Shown piece after piece: positions 26,426 to 37,339 of a stretch of DNA of 64,000 bases. Made by a program: the position numbers and the translations under genes. The stretch comes from Isurus oxyrinchus (lineage: Eukaryota). Positions within the stretch are counted from its first letter, which is position 1; the number at the start of each line of letters is the position of its first letter. Below the pieces are notes generated by a model. That model saw only the letters and a program-made list of their open reading frames with translations. It was not told where the DNA came from and made no database searches. The DNA lies in the NCBI GenBank assembly GCA_026770705.1, contig JANJGN010002606.1, positions 1-64,000 on the forward strand, given 5' to 3'.

Positions 26426-27257
26426 TTTCAGTATTTTATTTCATATAAAATGTAATTGCGGTTCTTGTAATATCATTAACATTGATTGAGATCACATTGA
26501 CCATTCTGTCAACAAGGAATCACATCTGTCCCAGAATTCAGTGGGAAATGGAATTAAATCAGACCGAGGGTAATGAGCAGCTACCCAGCAGCCTCTGCGA
26601 CTTATTGACAAGTAATCACTTCATTATCACAGAGAAAGTCCTGATATTTAACTGGAGCGTGTGAGGATTTGTAAAGTCATGGCTACCTGGACCTGACGTT
26701 AGTTGATATATATTTAAATCCAGATTTGTTATTTCCCTCGTCTGGAAGGTAATGAAACATTTGCGGCCCTCCATTCAGTTTCACACTATTTCTGTTTGCA
26801 CAGTAATAGTGTTTAGTTTGTTACATTCATTAATTTGGGTGAGGATATGTTGAATGTTTCGTTATACATAAAAGGACCACATGATCCAAATATTACAATC
26901 CTCCACCCTAATCCGTATTATATACCCGTTTTCTGTGTTAAAGATGATGATTGCCCATCAGCAGGGAAGAATCACCAGTGTCGCAGGGACATCTCCAGCC
27001 TTCTCTTGGTGACGTTCAGTTCGTTAGTTTCCGATAAGCAGGGAATGGAATTCATCCAGAAAATCTGGAAGGACTGAAGATATTAGACTGATGTAAATTA
27101 AATACAAGACCAGCTTTAAGATATGAAGTGGTCAAGCACAAAGATGAGAAAGTAGGACAACATCTTTCAGGCGCATCTATGGATACATCGATCAATGCAT
27201 TCAGGCGTCCAACCACCATTCATTCCTGCATCACCGCAGTCATCCCTCCATTTTTGG

Positions 27258-27645
27258 CAGACGGTTGTGTTACATTAATGTCAGTGGACTCGTAACCCAG
27301 CGACCCAAGCTATTAACGAATTCAAATCCCATCATGGCAGTTGGTGGAATTGAAATTCAATTAGAAATCTGGGATTGAAAACTGGTCCCAGTGAAGGGAA
27401 CCATGAAACTATCATCGATTGTGGAAAAAAGTCATCTGATTCACTAATGTCTTTTAGGAAAGGAAATCTGCCACTATACCTAGTCTGGCCTACATGCGAC
27501 TCCAGGTCCACAGCAATATGGTGGACTCTAACTACCCTCTGAAATAGCCTCGCAAGACACTCAGCTCAAGAGCAATTAGGCACAGGCAACAAATGCTGGC
27601 CTTGCCAGTGACTCTCACATCCCATGAAAGAGTAAAGGGGCAAAA
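27258..27645 (+). mobile_element. tRNA-derived SINE with LINE-derived tail
   Basis: Near full-length copy of the family also at 23175, 48890, 60428 and 62372. Confidence 0.75.
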
Positions 27646-29394
27646 AAATCACATAAACACACATGATTGTCTATTTCAAAATGTATCCTCTCTCTGAGTC
27701 CTATCTGATAGTCTGTCTGTAATTCTTTCTATCTATCCATCCATCCATCACAATATAATGATGTGTTGGAGAGTTCCTCAAATGAGCTTTTAATGCAAAC
27801 AGGGTGTCAGAGAAGATGGATAAGTTTTCTTTCCTAGGAGATTGGAACAGTTCACATAGGTTCACAACTTAAAAAAATAAAACTGACTCCAGTGTTGTTG
27901 CTGGGTAGATTTGTTATAAATAGGCCTTGTTGACAATGTTAAGTGCTTGCAGTTGGCTTGCAGCCAAGCGGTCAGTACTGAGGAAACAGATCTTTCATTT
28001 ACTGCACAAACCCCCCAGATGCTTCCTGTAAACAACATTGGACATTCGAGCCTCCCTGACTGCAGCCGGCTGGCTTGTTGCCAAATACAGTGCGGGGCAG
28101 ATTAGCCTGGATATGAATCAACAAAATGGGATTTAGCAATTCAAACAATATTGCTTTCAGTCGCACACGGAATACGCATTTTAAATGGAATTTCATCCAA
28201 GGAAATATTTTAATGAATGCCGTGTTCACTGAGATTAAATGCAATCAAAAAAATTAAATTGACCAGAAACTAGCTAATTTATATTATTTCGAAGTAAATG
28301 GCATTCCAGTTATTAAAGCATGTTCATTAAGAACTTCAAGAAGTGCGAGAGGGCGATGTTGATGGTCACAATGTCCCAGTCCAATGAGACGAGTGCAATG
28401 GCAAAAATTAAAAAGAAATTAAATTAAAAGAAAATTGCTGAATTGCCTTAAAGCTGCAGGAATTCCTTGAATATTCTCAGAGTTGTGCACTCATTTTACC
28501 TCAGGCGCCTCTTATTCCTGATTAGCACCGTGTACTGTACAGTTTAATTTGTGCTGATTTCGATTATTTAACAGTCCCTCTCATAGCTGCCAATGAGTGG
28601 AGAAATGACCAGTTCATGACCCGCTTCAATGGAAGATAAAACATTTATTCTTGTGATATTGTGTAATATGCCGCAAAGTCCTGATATCCTGTGTTCCCAA
28701 TTCAGTGAATGGTATACAGTCGGTGGCCAATAGAATTACCTATAATGATTTGGATGCTGATCAGATTTGCTGATCTCCGTGTCCATTCTGATTCATTAGC
28801 TTCTCTGTCAAAAGTTGATGTAAATTTTATGTTTATCTATAAACTTACTGTTTAAATATCAGGGTGGCAGGCTTCTTTTTCCGCTAATATTCACAGGGCT
28901 GTCTTAGGTCAGGGGCTATTCGACGAATGCAAGGAGAGACATTGCACAATATGAGCAGATTCTTCTTATCTCTGGACCCAAATTGTGTGGCGATAGCCAC
29001 CCATTTTATATATAATATCACTTTGTTCATCCCCCGCATTTAGCTATATAAATCAATAATAATTCCTCTGACTAATGATACTTTATTACTGTAATGAGAC
29101 AGAGACCCGGAGTTGCTGCAAAACAGACTGACAGCCCCTTTATTCCCTGATAATATAACTTACTTTTTTTCGATTCAACCCGCTGTGAAGTAGTGTAGAA
29201 ATAAATGGGCTTATTTTACATTTGAATTAGTCGTTTTTATAAACTGATTCTAAGCTACAATTTCACCATTAGAGCCAATGGAGACATTACAATAAATCCA
29301 TTCAGTCAAATATGCCGATACAGATAAAATTTCCACTTTTAACAATAAACTATTGTAAACATCTGAGTCCATTCTGTTGGGGATGTGGAAGGTG

Positions 29395-29480
29395 GGGCGT
29401 GGATCCAGTCGCCGCCTCCACCAGGGAATCAACAGGCGGCGCCTGGAAACCCGCCCCTTTCTGCCGGGTATTAAAATACC
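29395..29480 (+). promoter_or_regulatory. Putative VH promoter: GC boxes, dyad and TATA-like element, no octamer
   Basis: CCGCCC at 29451 and TATTAAA at 29469-29475, about 90 bp upstream of the leader ATG. Confidence 0.6.
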
Positions 29481-29567
29481 GCTCACTGGGACCGGAATCC
29501 AACAGTCCGGGAGTTGGTTTGTTCACTGAGTTCTGGACAGAACCATTTTCCCCAAATGACCAGAAGG

Positions 29568-29613
29568 ATGAGGTCGGCGATTTCTCTCAGTTTGTTGCTG
29601 ACTTTCTTATCCC
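29568..29613 (+). CDS. IGHV: IgH variable leader exon (MRSAISLSLLLTFLS)
   Basis: ATG at 29568 (an in-frame upstream ATG at 29556), hydrophobic signal peptide, GTGAGT donor at 29614, phase 1. Confidence 0.92.
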
Positions 29614-29741
29614 GTGAGTAGTTTTTATTGTCCAAGTCTCTTACTGTCACTGTCTCAGTGTTAGTCTCTCTCTGGAATATTACAGAGTCAGGAATCATTT
29701 CACCAGGGTTAACCCTCGGGGTTTTTGATATATTTGTACAG

Positions 29742-30046
29742 GTGTCCAGTCGGAGATTGTGTTGACTCAGCCAGAGGCAGAGACCGGGCGCCCCGGAGGC
29801 TCCCTGAGACTGACCTGTGAAACCAGCGGCTTCGATCTTGGCAACTACTGGATGCAGTGGATCCGACAGGTTCCTGGACATGGGCTGGAGTGGCTGGTTA
29901 GCTACTATAGTTCATCCAACAACGGCTACGCCCCAGCAATTAAGAATCGATTTACTGCGTCCAAAGACACTTCAAGGAGCATCTTCTCCTTGGACATGAC
30001 GAGCCTGAAGACTGAAGACACCGCCATCTATTACTGTGCAGCAGAC
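29742..30046 (+). CDS. IGHV: Germline VH segment
   Basis: (R)[10 protein letters not shown]...LTC...WIRQ...GLEWL...[10 protein letters not shown]; open frame with an AG acceptor ending at 29741. Confidence 0.97.
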
Positions 30047-30085
30047 CACAGCGAGAGGAACCAGAGCTGGACCCGAACAAGAACA
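30047..30085 (+). other. VH 3' recombination signal sequence (23-bp spacer)
   Basis: CACAGCG - 23 nt - ACAAGAACA. Confidence 0.9.
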
Positions 30086-30453
30086 GATCGAGAGGGACTC
30101 AACAACTTCCATCGTAACCTGACGGTCAGTACTTGTTCTAAATGTAATATTAACTGTAATGATCAGAACCAGACAACAAGTCGCTTCTGACAAGAATAAA
30201 ACAGCAAATTTAACAGTAAAACCTAACAAACCAATTGATATAATGGGTTGAGCTTTTGCTGTGTTTATATTTACTGTTAACAGTTTCCACAATTACAGAC
30301 CTGGATATAATGTTCATTTTAATATGTCTGACACTTGGAGGAGGGTCTCTGTTCATTAAGTTTTGTAAATTGCTGCATAAATACCAAACTAGATCAGAAG
30401 TAAACGTCTATTTGAAGTAAATATTGCGAGGCAGCACTGAACAGAGTGGGTGC

Positions 30454-30533
30454 AGTTTTTGTGCGGGTGTATTTCACTGTGATACTACAGCGGGTCACAG
30501 TGCTGTGCACAGCGACATCCTCATACAAAAACC
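30454..30533 (+). other. DH1 segment (30482-30495 ATACTACAGCGGGT) with 12-bp and 22-bp RSS
   Basis: AGTTTTTGT-12-CACTGTG / D / CACAGTG-22-ACAAAAACC. Confidence 0.95.
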
Positions 30534-30831
30534 TCAGGAGTTTGTTTAAATTCATGATCTCTAACACAGCAGGAACGTCAAAGAAAATGAGAGTTAAATA
30601 ACATAATGGGTCAAGGTTTGCCAAAAGGTGTAAAAGTATTCCGCTTTGTTCGTAGTTACGGACATGCTAAATCTGCAAAGAGATTTTGAAAGTATTCCAA
30701 TCACATTTATAAATATAATGACCAGCACAGGCTGGAATATCTCACTGATTCATTCCTAAGCGAGTCGGAATCGGGTTTCTGAGAAGGTAGTGAACTTAAA
30801 TCTCTGTATTTTACAGTGAACAGTCTGCCGC

Positions 30832-30900
30832 AGTATTTGACATGGTGTGTCTCACTGTGATATACTGGATGGCACAGCAGTTACTGTCAATACAAAAACC
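30832..30900 (+). other. DH2 segment (30860-30872 ATATACTGGATGG) with 12/12 RSS
   Basis: AGTATTTGA-12-CACTGTG / D / CACAGCA-12-ACAAAAACC. Confidence 0.93.
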
Positions 30901-31230
30901 CCTCAGCACTAATTGAGTCTGCCTGGGTCAGTGCTCGCTTTTACAATCCAACTATATGTACAGTGAAGTATTATTTTTGTCCAGCAATGCCCACAAAAAC
31001 ATGGTTTAAGATGGAAAAGTTGTGATAATTATCCATTCATCAGTTGGTGATTTCAATAACATCTTCATGTGTTACTCTGTGAATTATAAAAAATGAGGAT
31101 CATTGATGAATAGCGAAAAATATCCACAAACGCAAATATAATTTCGTGAGGATTCATCGTGACCTCGCTTTGCCCCAGACTTATGAATATTTAAAATAAT
31201 GGTGGATTTCTGTCTTTTTGGTGCAGGGGC

Positions 31231-31269
31231 AGTTATTGTATGTCACAGCCCAGGGAATGTAACACTGTG
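31231..31269 (+). other. JH 5' RSS (23-bp spacer)
   Basis: AGTTATTGT-23-CACTGTG. Confidence 0.92.
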
Positions 31270-31317
31270 ACGGTATGGGCTACTGGGGACAAGGGACCAT
31301 GGTGACGGTGACTGCAG
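31270..31317 (+). CDS. IGHJ: JH segment (GMGYWGQGTMVTVTA)
   Basis: WGxG motif; GTAAGA donor at 31318, phase 1. Confidence 0.97.
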
Positions 31318-34254
31318 GTAAGAACCATGCACTTATTTAGTAACTGTTTTATTTGAGTCTTTGCTTTACGTTTTTGTCTATTTTAATAATTCATTCCTTC
31401 ACTGAAGCATGGGTTTGGTGGATTCTGTATTCAGATTTGTTTTACAATGCTTCATGCGATTCCGCTATGTCTTGACAAAAAAAGTACTGCTGAGGGATTC
31501 GTCCCTGGTCGTTGTGATTTGGTGTTTATCTACTGAGGATAATGTGTGGCCGGGTTACTTGAAATATCTAACGTTTGTTAAAACAGTTTGACGTTTCTGC
31601 AGTGTTTAATCTCGGTGACATCTAATGGCTGCAGGTTTTACCATCTGTTGCACAAGGGTTTAAATATGTCTGAAATCAAGCCCAATATGAACAAAATGTG
31701 CTTGAGTTTCAATGTTAATTTATTGAACATGTTCCGCCTACTCACAATGCTGGTGCCATTATTCCATATTTCTGTTTAGTTTAATTATTCATTCATTTGG
31801 TGACGAGCGGGTTGTCTGGATTCGATATTGAGATTTTCTTGCAATGTGACATTGGATTCTGTTGGAATTGTTTATTGAATTGAGTTGCTTCTCCATGAAA
31901 CGGGTTTCAGCCCCAGTGATGTGATTTGGTGTTTTTCTGCTGAGGAGATTGTGTGTCTGGGTGGCTTTGAACAAGTGGAATTTGTGAAACGGTTTGGCGG
32001 TTCTGCATTGTTTCTGCTTTGTTTAAACTCGGTGATATTGAGCGGTTACACGTTTTGTGGTTGAATGGAAACAGTCTACGCGTTTGTATCTGCTTGAAGC
32101 GCGATTGTAGGCAGAAATTGGGAAAAAGCGTTTAAAGATGCGTTAGAACATTTTGTTTTTATTTTAAGTGATAATTGCAGATTAAGCTAAACCATGGATA
32201 ATGACGCTCATTCAGAACATAACTCGGTACTGCAATCAGAAACTATATAATTAACAAGTTTTCAAATTGTAAAGTAAAATTAATATAATTCAAACAATTA
32301 TAATATGGTAATATTTCTCCATATTGACGGAACAACTTTCATATTAACATAATTGATCATTAATCGTCTTTCACAATTCTGCTGGCACTGCGCACTATTA
32401 AGATGATAGGAAAAGTTTTTAGGCTGGAAACATTTTGTGATTATGTATAAAAAAATCAATAAGAATATACTGACTCTACAGAATTGTTCAGATTCACAAG
32501 AGATTTTGAATTACTTTTTTAGATCCCTGATAACCTTTATCTTAAAATCTTAAAACCTTATCTTAAAGACTTAAAGAGGAGTTTGACATTGCAGTTTGGC
32601 AATATGTGTATCCGTTTATTACATTCTTTCTGTGCAACCAGAGCCGCATTATTCCTTCAATGTCATTGGGATTTGGATAGCGAGATAATTGTCACTAGTT
32701 TAATCTTAAACAGTTTTCTGGGGGTAGAATTTGCTGGCAGTAAATGAATTGTTCTTACATTTTCTTGAAATGTAGGAAGGTGCAGACTGCATATGAATAG
32801 AGTTTGACAAGTAAAAGCTTGAAATTCGAACAGATTAATTTAATTGCAAACATTAATATTAGTTTGAGCTTAATAACAATACCCTGCCTCCCATAGTTGT
32901 GCTGGAAACAGAATAGAATTATAGGGGAAGAACAGATTATATCTGAGATTCATGCTTAATTCTTATTAAATGTTAAATTGAAGAACAAAATCTCGAATCC
33001 TTTTGCTGGTTATATTTCAGTGGTGCAGATGATCTGAATGAATTGTTCTCATCAAGTTTTATACTGATCAATTTGGATCTTCTTTCAATGAACAACATAT
33101 TTAACCATTAAATTATAGGGATTGTTATCTAGGAAGCACTTTTATTGTTAAGTAACTGCTAGGAACATTTTTTACATATAGCTTGGAATTAAGACAAGTT
33201 TGCTTTAACCAACAGATGGTGTTACAGCCCATCGACAGTTAATGTGATGTGACCCCCGGCCATATTTGAAAATATTTAAAATATTCCACTCATAAAGTCA
33301 TCGTGTGAATTACTCGATGAGAATAGATGGAATTTATGATTTCTCAATGCATTCAGAAACACGCATAGTTTACAATTTTGTACGTTAAAACAAGAGCAGT
33401 GGAAGTAAAAGTAAAATAGTAAATAATGATTAGATTTAAGTAAAATTGATATACTTCTCTGAATGTTACCATCTGGTAATTTCAAGTTTATTGTTCAACA
33501 TTGTTTCAGTGTCAGGTTGATTTAAATAAACCCCAATTATTTCACAAAGTACCAGGGAGAAACAAGTTTTCAATTATTGAAAACCATTTTTAATATTATA
33601 GAGTAGAAATCAGCTAACAAGAAAATGAATTGACAATAACAAGATAATTAACTTACAAGATAATATTAGTGAAAATTAATTCAACATAAATAAACTCCAA
33701 CAATTAAGTAGTCATTATAATGAATGCAAAATCTCAAAGGGTGGAGAGAATTTTTAATTGTATCCAAAATGAATTTAGAAAAGAATACTTCCTTACTCAG
33801 CTGTGCTCAGCTCGAATAGGTGTTTCGCCTTGATGATTTTCTTGATTATATTTATATCTACAATCACATCAAATCAGTGGGTAATCGATTTTCAATGTGA
33901 ATATTTCCTGATTTGTTTAATTCTTACCTTGTCATTGAGTTTCTGTTACGGACATGAAATTACCCTGAATCTGTCATATTTAATGTGCTCATTTTCAGGG
34001 TAACTTAAATCTTACATTGTTTGGAGATTTGAGGCAGACAGGGAGAATTAAATGGAGTTCAAAGGGAGTTTTAAAATGAAAATCAGATTAATTTCAAAGA
34101 AGTTATAGAATAATTGTAGTAAATTGACCATTGATCAATTAGAATCAAACAGCTTGAATAAAATGGACGGATTGAACAGATCTATCTGCTGGGAACTCAC
34201 TTGTTGCATCATTTATGTCTGTTCTGTGCCTGTGCGCGTGGTCACTATGCTGGG

Positions 34255-34725
34255 ACCAGGATTCTGACATATTGACAGTGAAGGAACGGCGATATAATTC
34301 CAAGTCAGAATAGTGGGTGCCTTGGAGGGGAACGTACAGGTGGCAGTGTTTCCAAGCACCTGCTGCCCTTGTCCTTCTAGTTAGCAGAGATTGTGGGTTT
34401 TAAGAGTGCTCCTGAAGGAGCCTTGGCGAGTTGCTGCAGTGCATCTTGTATATGGTACACACTGCTGTCACTGTGTGTCAGTGGGGGAGGGAGTAAATGT
34501 TTAAGGTGGTGGATGGGGTACCAATTCTGTGGGCTGCTTTGTCCCGGATAGTATCGAGTTTCTTGGGGTTTTTTGAAGTTTCACTCATTGAGGCAAGTGG
34601 AAACTATTCAATCCCAGTCCTGACTTGTGCCTTGTAGATGGTCAGTTGTCTTTGGGCAATAGGAGTTGAATTGCTCGCCACAGAATTCCCAGCCTCTGAC
34701 CGGCTCTTGCAGCCACAGCATTTAT
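34255..34725 (-). mobile_element. LINE 3' fragment in the JH-Cmu intron
   Basis: Reverse complement matches 22120-22490. Confidence 0.75.
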
Positions 34726-35479
34726 ATCAAAACTGGATTGAACCCTCTCGTGGGCATATTTGATGGAACAATGTAGAGAGAGTTTTATTTTATGTCAAAC
34801 CAGTGCTGTACCTGACCCGGAGTGTTTGACAGTTCAGTGGAGAATTGGCTTTCTGTTGAATCCCATCCTTGCAGCTGATGACAGGAGTGTACCGGAGGAG
34901 GAGTGGGGGCTTTAATCCATGTCTTAACTTGTCCTGTTCCTGACCTGAGAGCCTTTTCCCTGCAGAGGTCAAACAAACTGAATCAGCATTGAACTACCTG
35001 GCTGTGAGTCCTAGACCAGATCTGTGAAAATAAACAGTTCCATTGCTCAGTTGAAATGACGCACATTAATTGTTTTTAACAATATTTCTGGAGAGAACAT
35101 GTATGCATTTTAAATGAATTAATTATGTTTAAGCATTTTGAGTATCAGAAAATCATTGAATGTGAGTGACCTGAACTTGAGCACAATTTCAGAACAAACA
35201 GAATCAGGGAGTGACAGTGAGTTTCCAGAGAGCAGCACCTGTTCTGATCTGATCAGAGGCTGCGAGTTATTTAAATGATTGAAATGGACAATGACCAGAC
35301 TCCCGCTCCAAATAACCAGTCGTGGGGGATTTGGGGAAAAGAAGCCGCCATCAAAGACTGAGTTATTGAATTGCCGCCTGCAGGGGGAGGAATGAATGAC
35401 AGAAATAAGAGCATGAGGAGGACGTTCGGCCCTTCGATCCTGCCCTCCATTCAGTCAGATCATGGTTCATCTACCTCGA

Positions 35480-35965
35480 CACTCAGTCTCTTTACCACAC
35501 ACCCTCACTCGCTCACTCTGTCTGTCACACACGCTCTCTCTCTCACACACACGTTCACTCTCTCTCTCTCTCTCACGCATTTTCTCTGACAGACACACTG
35601 TCTCTTTCTCTCTCTGTCTCACACACACACACAAACATACTCTCACATTCTCTCTTTCACACACACAAACTCTCTTTAACACGCCCACACTCTGTCTCAC
35701 ACATTGCCTCTCTCTTTCACACACACTCTCAAACATACTATCTCAACTACACACACTCTCACGCATGTGCACACTGTCTCTCCAACACACACATGCACTA
35801 TTTCTCACACATGCACTCTCACACACTCATTCTCTCTCACACACACACACACACTTTCTGTCTCTGTCTCTCTCTCTTTCCCTCTCAAAAACACACATAC
35901 ACTTGCATGCACTCTCTCTCTCTCTCTCTCTTTCTCACGCACACACACACATTCTCACATACATA
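35480..35965. repeat. Degenerate (CT)n/(CA)n microsatellite
   Basis: Direct inspection. Confidence 0.9.
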
Positions 35966-36529
35966 TGTGGGCTGAAAATACTAATTTCAGAATGAAAATC
36001 CGTTAAACTGCAGGCATGTTCATTGTTCCATTTCTGAAGTCCTTTTGTGTAAAATGCAATTACACAGGTGACATCACTATATATGTGGAGAATTTCCAAG
36101 TGTTGAACTAAACACAAAGAAACAAGAAAATGGGAGGGATGTGATGGAGACCACGGCCGCCTTGATCCCCAATACTGGTGCACACTTGGTGCAAGATACC
36201 TGCACGGCCCATCCTGGTTTTGCTGTAACCTTCCCCTCCAGCCCCTCAGTCTGCCTATTCGCACACTGACACGGGTTTCTTAAAGAAAGGCATCAGCATT
36301 AAAGCAGCTGGCCAGTGCTCTACACTGCTGCCTGACTTTACACAGCCGGTGTTACTGAAAGCTGATCAATCTGGAGAATCGGGACAGGGTCGATGGAGAG
36401 GAAGAGGAGGAGGTGGAGCTGGTGGAGCTGAATGGAGGAGCCCCCAGCTCGGCAACAGGCAATGGAAAGCTGAGCCAGAGCAGAAAATCATCTGGAGAAA
36501 CATCACCTTGATGAGCCTGCAGCACCTGG

Positions 36530-37325
36530 GCACCCTCACTACCCACAATCATCACCTTCATTCTCTCACTCATCCTCACTACCCATAATCACTCATCCTC
36601 ACTCAATCTCACTCACTCACCCTCACTCACTCGCCATCACTCATCCTCACTCCCTCACCCACCCTCACTCACTCACCCTCGCTCACTCGCCCTCACTCCC
36701 TCTATCACTCATCCGCCCTCCCTCACCCACCCATGCTCACTCACCCTCACTCACTCACACTCACTCACCCATCACTCACGCACCCTCACTCACTCTCTCT
36801 CACTCACCCTCACTCACCCATTTTCATTCTCACTCAATTACTCACCCTAACTCACTCACTCTCACTCACCCTCACTCACCTTTCCCTACCGAGCCTCATT
36901 CTCACTCAATTACCCACCCTAACTCACTCACACTCACTCACTCTCACTCACCCACAGTCACTCACCCAGCCTCGTTCACAATCATTCACCCACCCTCACT
37001 TATCCACCCTTACTCATCCACGCTCACTCATCCTTACTCAAACTCACTCATTCACCCATCCTTATTCACCTACCTGCACTCACAGTCAATAACTCATCCT
37101 CCCCACCCTCACACACCCAGCAACTCTCACTCACCCACTCATCCACCCTCAGTCAATCACCCACCCTCACTCACTCATCCATTCTTACTCACCCACATTC
37201 AGGCACCCACCCACGCTCACTCATCACTCACCCACGCACCCTCACTCACTCAGCCACCCGCCCTCGCTCTGTCACTCAGCCACCCTCACTTTGTCAACCA
37301 TGCACAGGCTCACTCACTCGATCAC
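36530..37325. repeat. C-rich low-complexity array (ctcactcaccc-like)
   Basis: About 800 bp almost devoid of G on the + strand. Confidence 0.9.
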
Positions 37326-37339
37326 TTTTCCTAAATCGG

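Noticed and set aside
35371-37092. His/Thr/Leu/Ser-rich ORFs
   Set aside because: Translations of CA/CT microsatellites; the same applies to the Cys/Val ORFs at 45837-46654.
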